Assembly: GCA_943350175.1 (NCBI GenBank)
Contig: CALQZX010000001.1
Location: forward strand, 21,818-85,817
Reading direction: 5' to 3'
From: Parcubacteria group bacterium
GTDB lineage: Bacteria > Patescibacteriota > Microgenomatia > UBA1400 > PJMF01
DNA: 64,000 bases
Under the pieces are notes generated by a model, which ran no database searches, was not told the DNA's origin, and was given only the letters and a program-made list of their open reading frames with translations. A program made the translations under genes and the position numbers. Positions 56,349 through 64,000 of the stretch are shown here, piece by piece. Positions within the stretch are counted from its first letter, which is position 1. Each line of letters begins with the position of its first letter.

Positions 56349-58163
56349 TTGATGCCAAACGACATGATTTCGCTACTGCTAGATTTGGAGAGTAACCTCG
56401 ATAAGCCAATCGAGGATATTTTGCGTTTGATTAAGAAATATCAAAAAGCTGACGGTTCGCATTGGAATTACGCGAGCATTATCGAGCAATATAAAAATCT
56501 GGCAGGCACGCAGGGTCTAAAAGAATTCAATCCAAAACTCGTTGAAAAAATTTTAATGAAACCGGTGCGCACTCTCTCAGGTGTTGCTCCGGTGACTGTT
56601 TTGACCAAACCTTATCCATGTCCAGGCAAATGTATTTTTTGTCCAAATGATTTGCGCATGCCAAAAAGTTATTTGGCAGATGAGCCAGGAGCGCAAAGAG
56701 CTGAGAAAAACTATTTCGATCCATATTTACAAACTACAAACCGTTTGGAAGCCCTCCACTCTATGGGGCATCAGGTGGATAAAGTAGAGTTAATCATTCT
56801 AGGTGGGACTTGGACTGCTTATCCTGAGTCATATCAAATCTGGTTTGTCAAAGAATGCTTTAGAGCGATGAATGATTTTCAAAGCAAAAATGACACAGAA
56901 AAAATTACCAAAAAATACCAAGATTTTCAAAAAAAATTCCAGGAAACTGAAAAAAAATGGCAGACCAATACTTTTTTAAATACCAATCCGCTGGAAAATA
57001 AAGAAAATTTTTCTAAGCTACAAATCAAAGGTGAAGATATTTCTGAAACCTACAATCAATTGGTGAAGAAATATTATTTAGAACCAGAAAATGCTTTGGG
57101 AGTGGTGCAATACCAAAAAGCAACTTGGACGGAGCTGGAAAAAGAACAAGTTAAAAACGAAACAGCCTTGCAGCGTTGTGTTGGATTGGTGATCGAGACT
57201 AGACCAGATGAAATTACCCCTGCAAGTGTCAAGAAAATCCGCCATTTAGGAGCAACTAAAGTTCAGTTGGGAATTCAATCTCTGGATGATGAGATTTTGC
57301 GTAAAAATAAAAGAGGCCACGATGTGAAGACGATCAGAACAGCTTTTTCTTTACTTAGACAAGCTGGTTTTAAATTGCACATTCATTTTATGGCCAATCT
57401 CTATGGCGGCAGTGTGGCCAAAGATAAAAGAGACTTTGCCAAACTTTTTAGAGATCGGGATTTTCGTCCAGATGAATTGAAAATTTATCCTTGCTCGCTA
57501 ATTGAAACAGCGGAATTAATGAGATATTACAAGAAAGGCTTATGGAAGCCGTATTCTCATGAAGAACTATTGGAAATTACTTCTTTTACCCTAACTCACA
57601 CTCCAGCCTATTGTCGCATCACCAGAATGATCCGCGATATTCCTTCTCAAGATATCGTGGTCGGCAATACTAAGAGTAATTTTAGACAAATTGCTGAGCA
57701 ACATGCCATAAAAACTAATCAAAAAATGCAGGATATTCGTTCAAGAGAAATTCGTTCATCTAACTTTGAGATAGATGGAGTGCAATTAAAGATTAAAAAT
57801 TACCAAACCAGTATTAGTAATGAAAAATTCTTGCAATTTGTTTATCAGGACAAGATTCTAGCCTTCTTGCGTTTGAGTTTGCCTCTGTCACCAACTAATG
57901 AAGTCAGCGATGAATTAAACGGAGCCGCCATGATCAGGGAAATTCATGTTTATGGCCGTAGTTTGGCAATTGGTCAAAAAGATCATGATGACAAGGCTCA
58001 ACATTTCGGTTTTGGCAAAAAATTGATTGCCAAAGCAGCCGCAATAAGCAAAAAAGCCGGCTTTTCTAAATTAGCGGTAATTTCAGCAATCGGAACGAAA
58101 GAATATTACAGAAAAAGAGGTTTTAGCGATGGCGAACTCTATCAGTTTCTCCATCTTAGTTAA
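56349..58163 (+). CDS. Elp3-family radical SAM / GNAT acetyltransferase (tRNA U34 carboxymethyl-uridine synthase homologue)
   Basis: Radical SAM cluster PYPCPGKCIFCPN, Elp3 central region, C-terminal GNAT (REIHVYGRSLAIGQ...FGFGKKLIAKAAAISKKAGFSKLAVISAIGTKEYYRKRGF). Confidence 0.75.
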   Translation: MMPNDMISLLLDLESNLDKPIEDILRLIKKYQKADGSHWNYASIIEQYKNLAGTQGLKEFNPKLVEKILMKPVRTLSGVAPVTVLTKPYPCPGKCIFCPNDLRMPKSYLADEPGAQRAEKNYFDPYLQTTNRLEALHSMGHQVDKVELIILGGTWTAYPESYQIWFVKECFRAMNDFQSKNDTEKITKKYQDFQKKFQETEKKWQTNTFLNTNPLENKENFSKLQIKGEDISETYNQLVKKYYLEPENALGVVQYQKATWTELEKEQVKNETALQRCVGLVIETRPDEITPASVKKIRHLGATKVQLGIQSLDDEILRKNKRGHDVKTIRTAFSLLRQAGFKLHIHFMANLYGGSVAKDKRDFAKLFRDRDFRPDELKIYPCSLIETAELMRYYKKGLWKPYSHEELLEITSFTLTHTPAYCRITRMIRDIPSQDIVVGNTKSNFRQIAEQHAIKTNQKMQDIRSREIRSSNFEIDGVQLKIKNYQTSISNEKFLQFVYQDKILAFLRLSLPLSPTNEVSDELNGAAMIREIHVYGRSLAIGQKDHDDKAQHFGFGKKLIAKAAAISKKAGFSKLAVISAIGTKEYYRKRGFSDGELYQFLHLS

Positions 58164-58441
58164 ATAAAATCAATTTTCAATTTTTTATCCATGGCTTCTG
58201 CCAACATCATGAGACTACCGATTGTGGCGTTTCTGGTGCCAGATTCAATTTTGGCGATAATGCTGCGATCAATATTTGCTTTCTTAGCAATTGCTTCTTG
58301 AGTTAAACCAAGTTCCTTGCGAGTTTTTTTGAATTCAGCAATTACCTCATAGTAATCATTGCTTTTTTTTGCAAGAGATTTCTGAGTTTGATCAAATTGC
58401 TCTCCCCACTCTTTTAGTGATAAGTCTTTATTTTTTTTCAT
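58160..58441 (-). CDS. XRE-family HTH antitoxin (HigA-like)
   Basis: LGLTQEAIAKKANIDRSIIAKIESGTRNATIGSLMMLAEAM is a Cro/C1-type HTH; 93 aa. Overlaps the upstream toxin-like gene by 14 nt. Confidence 0.6.
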   Translation of the reverse strand: MKKNKDLSLKEWGEQFDQTQKSLAKKSNDYYEVIAEFKKTRKELGLTQEAIAKKANIDRSIIAKIESGTRNATIGSLMMLAEAMDKKLKIDFI

Positions 58442-58772
58442 AGTTTTTTAACCTTTTCAAAGCTTTAGTTAATTCTTTTTTTGGTGTTTTCTGTGTTTTT
58501 TTAAGAAAGGCAGATAGCACAACTATCTCATTTTTTAGTACGTAAGCGTAAATTGCTCGCCATTGTCCATTTTGTTTTATTCTTATTTCAAATAAAACAG
58601 AGTCTATTTTTTTGGCAAAAGGCATTTCTAGTTTGCCTTTCTCTTCTAGTATTTGAAACAAGTCGTTAAATCTGGCTCTAATTTTTAGTGGGAAAGAATC
58701 AAGCTCTTTTATTGCGGAATAATTGATTGCTACTTGTTTCTTCACTGAGCTAAATTGTGACATAAAAGTCAC
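58428..58772 (-). CDS. RelE/ParE-superfamily toxin (phage gp49/HigB-like)
   Basis: 114 aa, basic C-terminus. Pattern KIRARFNDLFQILEEKG...AKKIDSVLFEIRIKQNGQWRAIYAYV..EIVVLSAF resembles gp49-like HigB toxins. Toxin-first gene order with an XRE partner. Confidence 0.5.
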   Translation of the reverse strand: MTFMSQFSSVKKQVAINYSAIKELDSFPLKIRARFNDLFQILEEKGKLEMPFAKKIDSVLFEIRIKQNGQWRAIYAYVLKNEIVVLSAFLKKTQKTPKKELTKALKRLKNYEKK

Positions 58773-58788
58773 ATATTGTCAATGTTGA

Positions 58789-59124
58789 TTAGTTCTTTTT
58801 ATCCATCTCAAAACGTTCTCTAGTAAACTTGATTTTTCTAGAGATAACTTTTTCTACATCAATGTCTAATTCGCAGCTAAGTAATATTAGTGATCCTAAA
58901 ACGTCTGCAAATTCGTCTTCCAAGTTTTCTCTGGAGAATTTGGCAATTTTTGAATCGCGCTGTAAGTTCATGCTGGTTAGAATCTCATCTGAGAGTTCGC
59001 CTAGTTCTTCCACCACCTTCATGGTACGGGCGAAGATTCTTTGATTTTTATCTTTAAGCGGCCAATGATTATTGAGAAAATCTCCAATTTCTTTATATTT
59101 AGCTACTAACTGTTTGATTTGCAT
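58789..59124 (-). CDS. MazG-like nucleotide pyrophosphohydrolase domain protein
   Basis: VVEELGELSDEIL and EDEFADVLGSLILLSCELDIDVE are the two EExxE/D metal-binding helices of the MazG/all-alpha NTP-PPase fold. Confidence 0.6.
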   Translation of the reverse strand: MQIKQLVAKYKEIGDFLNNHWPLKDKNQRIFARTMKVVEELGELSDEILTSMNLQRDSKIAKFSRENLEDEFADVLGSLILLSCELDIDVEKVISRKIKFTRERFEMDKKN

Positions 59125-60574
59125 AGAAGGATATTATATCACTGCCAATTCCTGGAATTTTCTGCAAATCACTAAGGGTTCTTGGTTTTAAGATAGCCAT
59201 CAGCTCCATTTGCTTAATAGTAAAAAGATTTGGGATTTGTTTGTAGTCAATTTTTTCTAAATACTGTTGATTAATTTTTTCTAATTTTTGAATAAAGTTA
59301 CGCTCTTCATCACTCAATTCAATTTTTATTTTTAGACAGCTGTAACAATTTTTACAAGTATTTTGATTATTTTTTTGGCCAAAATATTTAATTATTTTTT
59401 CTTGCAAACAGCTTTTGCTAGTGGCATATTTTTTGATTGTTTCTAATTTCTCAATTTCGATTATTCGCCTTTGGTTTTCAAAATCTTGATAGCTGCTATT
59501 AATCATCTGAGCTTGGATTAACAGATCTTTTTCAGAGTAAAGTAGATAGACATAACTTTCTTGGCCATCGCGCCCGGCTCTGCCTGCTTCTTGATAATAA
59601 TTTTCTAAATTGGCAGAAATTTGATAATGAATAACCACTCTGACGTCGCTTTTATCAACGCCCATGCCAAAGGCATTGGTCGCAATCATGATTTTTATTT
59701 TGCCAAGTAAAAAATCATTTTGGCTTTGTTCTCTTTTGGTTTTTTCTAAGCCACCATGATAAATTCCAATAGAATAATTATTTCTAAAATCATAATATTT
59801 AATTAAATCCAAAAGTCGCTCACATTCAATTCTAGTACAACAATAAATAATGATATTTTCACTGCTGTGAATTTTGAGTAGCTTAAATAAATAGACATTT
59901 TTAGTCCAATTGTCTTCACAAATTAAATTATGGAAAATGAGGTTTTTACGTAAAAAACCACCACTAAAAACAACGGGTTCCGCTAAAGCCAAAAATTTCT
60001 TAATTTCTTCGCTAACTAAATTTGTAGCTGTGGCGGTGAAAGCGGCTATGGCAATTTTTTTATTGTTTCTTTGAATTTTTTCAATGAATTCTGGAATTTT
60101 TTGATAACTAGGACGGAACTGGTGTCCCCACAAACTAATGCAGTGCGCCTCGTCTATAACTAGATAAGAAATTTTAATTTGTCGACAAACTTCAATGATT
60201 CTTTTATTTTCTAAGCGCTCAGGAGCGAGATAAAATAATTTGTATTTTCCGGCTAATAAATTTGATAGGCGTTTGTTGATTTCTGCTTGCTCCAAATTGC
60301 TGCTTAAATAAGTCGCAGCAATGCCTGCTTTTTCCAGATGATCGACCTGATCTTTCATCAGTGAAATTAAAGGGGAAATAACCAAAGTGGTACCAGGAAA
60401 AATTAAAGCTGGAACCTGAAAACATAGAGACTTACCTCCACCAGTTGGTAAGATTGCCAAGACATCTTTTTGTTCCAAAATAGCTAGGACAATTTCTAAC
60501 TGTCCAGGTCTAAACTCTGCAAAACCAAAAAAATTTTGTAAAGTTTGAATAGCTAATTCTTGATTATTTGCCAC
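59099..60574 (-). CDS. recQ: ATP-dependent DNA helicase RecQ (short form)
   Basis: FRPGQLEIV, LPTGGGKSLCFQ, DEAHCISLWGHQFRPSY, helicase C motifs, Zn-binding Cys cluster (CKNCYSC); no obvious HRDC. Confidence 0.85.
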   Translation of the reverse strand: MANNQELAIQTLQNFFGFAEFRPGQLEIVLAILEQKDVLAILPTGGGKSLCFQVPALIFPGTTLVISPLISLMKDQVDHLEKAGIAATYLSSNLEQAEINKRLSNLLAGKYKLFYLAPERLENKRIIEVCRQIKISYLVIDEAHCISLWGHQFRPSYQKIPEFIEKIQRNNKKIAIAAFTATATNLVSEEIKKFLALAEPVVFSGGFLRKNLIFHNLICEDNWTKNVYLFKLLKIHSSENIIIYCCTRIECERLLDLIKYYDFRNNYSIGIYHGGLEKTKREQSQNDFLLGKIKIMIATNAFGMGVDKSDVRVVIHYQISANLENYYQEAGRAGRDGQESYVYLLYSEKDLLIQAQMINSSYQDFENQRRIIEIEKLETIKKYATSKSCLQEKIIKYFGQKNNQNTCKNCYSCLKIKIELSDEERNFIQKLEKINQQYLEKIDYKQIPNLFTIKQMELMAILKPRTLSDLQKIPGIGSDIISFYANQTVSS

Positions 60575-60609
60575 TGCTCTTTTATAGCAGAGCTAGGTTG
60601 CAAGAAAGC

Positions 60610-61392
60610 TTACTTTACCAGTTTGGCGAACATTTTTTCCATAAATTTTGGAAAAAGGCGGAAAGCTTCGGCGGCCACTGATAAAGAAGGTGGGCAAAAA
60701 ATTCTTTTTTTATCAGTGTAAGCGATTCCATAAATTGCTGCTGAAACATCGCCGACAGGAATAGCTGGCATGCTTTTTTCTGAAGCGCTTAGATCAACAT
60801 TGGCTTTGTTGCTATCAAAAAATTCAGTTTTAACTGGACCTGGGTGAACGGTGGTGACTTTGACCCCAAACTTCAGCACTTCTTGGCGCAAAACATTGGC
60901 AAAAGCGGTGATTCCCCATTTGCTAGCGCAGTAAACCGACCACTTTGGCAAAAGCACGTAACCAGCTAAGGAAGAGGTGAAAATGATATGACCATGGCCT
61001 TGCTTGACCATTATTGCGGCGGCTTTCTTTCCAACGAGAATCATGCCTTTGACGTTGACATCAATGATTTGTTCAACTTCATCGTCGCCTAGCATGTAAG
61101 ACTCTTTGACAAAGCCAAGGCCGGCATTATTGAAAACCAAATCTAAGGTTGGAAAGTTTTTTTCCAAAGCTGTAAAAACTTTGGCGATTTCAGCAGTTTT
61201 ACCAAGATCGGCAGTCAAAGTAGTGACTTCAGCGCCCAACTTTCTGGCTTCTTCTGCCACAAGTTCGAGCTTGGTTTGATTGCGAGCCACCAAAATTAAA
61301 TGATTTTTGGAACCATCGCGTTTGGCAAATTCCAAAGCGACGGCTTTACCGATGCCACTTGAGGCGCCGGTGATGAGGAGATTTTTAGACAT
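60610..61392 (-). CDS. SDR-family oxidoreductase
   Basis: ITGASSGIGKA cofactor motif, NNAG, catalytic YxxxK (YCASK). Confidence 0.75.
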   Translation of the reverse strand: MSKNLLITGASSGIGKAVALEFAKRDGSKNHLILVARNQTKLELVAEEARKLGAEVTTLTADLGKTAEIAKVFTALEKNFPTLDLVFNNAGLGFVKESYMLGDDEVEQIIDVNVKGMILVGKKAAAIMVKQGHGHIIFTSSLAGYVLLPKWSVYCASKWGITAFANVLRQEVLKFGVKVTTVHPGPVKTEFFDSNKANVDLSASEKSMPAIPVGDVSAAIYGIAYTDKKRIFCPPSLSVAAEAFRLFPKFMEKMFAKLVK

Positions 61393-61522
61393 AATTCGTC
61401 GCGGATTCTATTTTTCTCCCCAGAGGCCATTTGAAAGTTATTCCTTCTTGCAGCCTAATGCGTCGAAAAATGAATTCGCTCCTTTCTATAAATAATATAC
61501 GTATCTTTTACTATAACTTAAT

Positions 61523-63286
61523 TTAGTTTTCCTCGCTCTCGCCATCCCCAATAAATCCATTTCTCTGTAATGACCAGAGTCTTTGGTAGATGCCGTCGTC
61601 TTTTTCAATCAATTCTTCATGAGTGCCAATTTCGGCGATGCTGCCTTCATTCATAACTACGATGCGATCAGCCTGCATAATCGTTGAGAGGCGGTGAGCA
61701 ATGATGATACTAGTTCGAGGGTTTTTTTGGTCTCTAACTAGATTCCAGAAGGCTTGTTGAATGATTTGCTCGGAAGCACTGTCCAGAGAGCTAGTAGCTT
61801 CATCCATGATGATAATTTTTGGTTTTTCTAGGAGCATGCGGGCAATGGCTAAACGCTGTCTTTGGCCACCAGATAATTTAATACCGCGCTCGCCGACTAC
61901 AGTTTCGTAACCATTTGGTAAGTCCTTAATAAAAACATCGACCTGAGCTGCCTTAGCTGCCTCCAGAACATCTTCTTTACTAGCTTTTTGGTTGGCATAG
62001 GCAATGTTGAAATAGACGGTGTTATTAAAGAGTAATGGGTCTTGTGGTACGACACCAACCATTTTACGCAAATCTGATTTGAGTATTTCATTGATTGGCA
62101 CGCCATCGATCAAAACTTTACCCTTTGTCGGGTCATACATGCGCATTAGCAATTTGGCGACGGTAGTTTTGCCAGCTCCAGAAAAACCAACTAGAGCAAT
62201 GGCTTCTCCACTCTCAATTTTGAGAGAAAAATCTTTCAAAACAGTTTGCTTATTTTCATAGGCAAAACTAACTTCGTCAAAAACGATTTCACCTTGAGGA
62301 TTTTTTATTTTTTGTGGCGCAGTTGGGTCTTGGACGGTGATTTTTTCATCGAGTAGATCAAGATAAGTGCTAATATCTGTATTTTTCTTGGCTAGCTCGC
62401 GCAAGCTAAAAAGCAGCTGCATCATTTTTGGAAACAGAGTCATGGAAAAAGTGGTGACGAGTAAAAAATCTGCCAGAACAATTTGGCCATTTTGCAAATC
62501 TCTGACGGCTAAAAACATAATACCAACGAGAGCGAAATTAATGAGATTGCCGACAATGCCATCGAAATAACGGAAAGTGAAGAAATAGGCTTGGAGGCGT
62601 TGATTCCAGATTTTTAAAAGTCCAGCAAAACGAGATTGCTCAAACTTTTCATTGGCGAAATATTTAACGGTGTCGAAGTTAACTAAATTGTCTACTCTAG
62701 CTCCTGAGACATCATCATCGGCGTCGTTAAAAGCCTTGCGTCTTTTGATATTAAATTTGATCAAGAAATAGGCCACAAAAACGGTGATGGCGATGAGCAG
62801 TAAGACAAAAAATAAATAGTCCATGCGGAGGCGAGCAAAAGCAAGGAACATGACAGCGAAGCTTATGGTGAGGTTTAAAAATTGGCGGTTAATAATGTCG
62901 TAGTAAGCAAAGAAGGCGTCGTCGCCTCTTTTCATTAGACTGATTAATTTGCCGGAACTTTTGTTGGTGTGATAAGCGAAGTCTAGGTTGTGGATGTGAG
63001 TCAGGACTGCTTTGGCAATGTCGTTGGAGGTGCCGACCATGTTTTTATCGGTAATGTAGTAGCCGATGTTTTCTAAGATGTTGCTGATGAAAAGGATTAG
63101 GCCAAAAATGAGAACTAATTGGAAGGCATGCTCCATGAGGCCGTCTTGGACGGATTGGGTGAGCCATTTGACAAAAAATGGGGCGAGGTTGTTAAGACAC
63201 ATGGCTAGAGCCATCGGGATGGTGCCGATGATGAAAGGCCATTTACGTTGCCAGATGAAATGGTAGAGGCGGAGAAAGACGGACAT
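61523..63286 (-). CDS. ABC transporter, fused permease/ATP-binding (MsbA-like exporter)
   Basis: 6-TM domain then NBD with GFSGAGKTT, LSGGQRQRLAIAR, IIIMDEATSSLD, H-loop IIIAHRLST. Confidence 0.85.
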   Translation of the reverse strand: MSVFLRLYHFIWQRKWPFIIGTIPMALAMCLNNLAPFFVKWLTQSVQDGLMEHAFQLVLIFGLILFISNILENIGYYITDKNMVGTSNDIAKAVLTHIHNLDFAYHTNKSSGKLISLMKRGDDAFFAYYDIINRQFLNLTISFAVMFLAFARLRMDYLFFVLLLIAITVFVAYFLIKFNIKRRKAFNDADDDVSGARVDNLVNFDTVKYFANEKFEQSRFAGLLKIWNQRLQAYFFTFRYFDGIVGNLINFALVGIMFLAVRDLQNGQIVLADFLLVTTFSMTLFPKMMQLLFSLRELAKKNTDISTYLDLLDEKITVQDPTAPQKIKNPQGEIVFDEVSFAYENKQTVLKDFSLKIESGEAIALVGFSGAGKTTVAKLLMRMYDPTKGKVLIDGVPINEILKSDLRKMVGVVPQDPLLFNNTVYFNIAYANQKASKEDVLEAAKAAQVDVFIKDLPNGYETVVGERGIKLSGGQRQRLAIARMLLEKPKIIIMDEATSSLDSASEQIIQQAFWNLVRDQKNPRTSIIIAHRLSTIMQADRIVVMNEGSIAEIGTHEELIEKDDGIYQRLWSLQRNGFIGDGESEEN

Positions 63287-63313
63287 AATTTAATAACAAC
63301 ATTCTAGCATTTT

Positions 63314-63757
63314 ATGAATTGGCATTGTGTGTCATTTATGTTGTATAAAAGACAGAAAAGCATGACTAAGAAAAGTGAGCCAAATAAAAAACCAATTTCG
63401 CAAAAACAAAAAGACAAAATTAAAAATGGCAAGAAATTATATGATTCGATAAAGGGTAAATCTATCTTTTGTCCACTTCTAAACGCTGAGGTCAGATTTA
63501 CTAATCAGGGTTGGCGACACCTCAATAACAACAAGCGAAATATTTACGATATTTTAAGGAGAATCGATTTGTTTCCTTTTGTGGATAGCGTAATTAAAAA
63601 GCCAACAGGTATGAACCCAAGCAAGACATTAGATGGCTGTTTCATTCTTTATGGCCAAAGAAAAGTTTTTAAAAATGGCAAAAACACAAGGGTTTTAATT
63701 AAGGTAAATGTCATTAAAGATAGGGCTGGAAATTATTTTTTTCTTTCGATTTGTTAA
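63314..63757 (+). CDS. Hypothetical basic protein
   Basis: 147-aa ORF; no motif recognised. Confidence 0.25.
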   Translation: MNWHCVSFMLYKRQKSMTKKSEPNKKPISQKQKDKIKNGKKLYDSIKGKSIFCPLLNAEVRFTNQGWRHLNNNKRNIYDILRRIDLFPFVDSVIKKPTGMNPSKTLDGCFILYGQRKVFKNGKNTRVLIKVNVIKDRAGNYFFLSIC

Positions 63758-64000
63758 TAAAAAACCCCAAGAATGGGGATTTTTATTAGTACAGAGAGTC
63801 TCACATCTAATCTAGCTCGATGTCATCGATGGTGAAAACCATCTCTCTCTATACTAAGGATTTATTATACACTTTGTGTCAAATTTGGAGAAATTGGGAT
63901 TTGATCGTATGTTTTAGCCAATCGAGACAGAATAACCAAAGCTTTTTACTAATTTAGTGACAGTACTGAGTTTGGGATCACCTTGTTCAGTTAGAGAGTC

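Overview
This is a low-GC, gene-dense bacterial window. By inference from sequence features it probably comes from a Candidate Phyla Radiation (Patescibacteria) genome. Three features support this: a 16S rRNA gene with mismatches at universal primer sites and no linked 23S, a DUF2298/YYY-type membrane protein, and a minimal fermentative core (pyruvate kinase, flavodoxin, 2-oxoacid:ferredoxin oxidoreductase). The rest of the window is dominated by signal-peptide and membrane-anchored surface proteins.

Housekeeping genes I recognise with confidence are lon, uvrA, uvrB, uvrC, recQ, pyk, OFOR alpha/beta, flavodoxin, cyclophilin, hemW-like radical SAM, an Elp3-like radical-SAM/GNAT enzyme, an ABC exporter and an SDR. 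There are four tRNAs (Ile-GAT, Arg-TCT, His-GTG, Gln-TTG) and a full-length 16S rRNA gene on the minus strand with no intron.

The accessory content worth a second look is as follows. (1) A cohesin-like/dockerin surface module lies between uvrA and uvrB. A 740-aa Cys-rich repeat protein ends in a canonical two-segment dockerin, and it is flanked by two paralogous membrane-anchored cohesin-like proteins. One Cys-rich module of the 740-aa protein recurs in a second surface protein 6 kb away. (2) A five-gene cluster of secreted or anchored proteins includes two members whose architecture resembles Firmicutes DUF916/DUF3324 (CscA-like) proteins, suggesting a csc/WxL-like surface complex. (3) An ATP-grasp peptide-ligase module pairs a RimK-like alpha-L-glutamate ligase homologue and a second ATP-grasp with a DUF1704 (QEGLA/MATCAP-like HExxxH) carboxypeptidase-like protein and a polytopic membrane protein. 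(4) An uncharacterised trio contains two zinc-ribbon proteins and a large protein with kinase-like motifs. (5) Near-identical direct repeats and degenerate tRNA-like fragments are arranged around tRNA-Gln, consistent with an att-like scar or local duplication. (6) A HigB/HigA-like toxin-antitoxin pair sits beside a MazG-like gene and recQ. No CRISPR array was seen.

All functional calls rest on motif recognition by eye and carry the uncertainty that implies.
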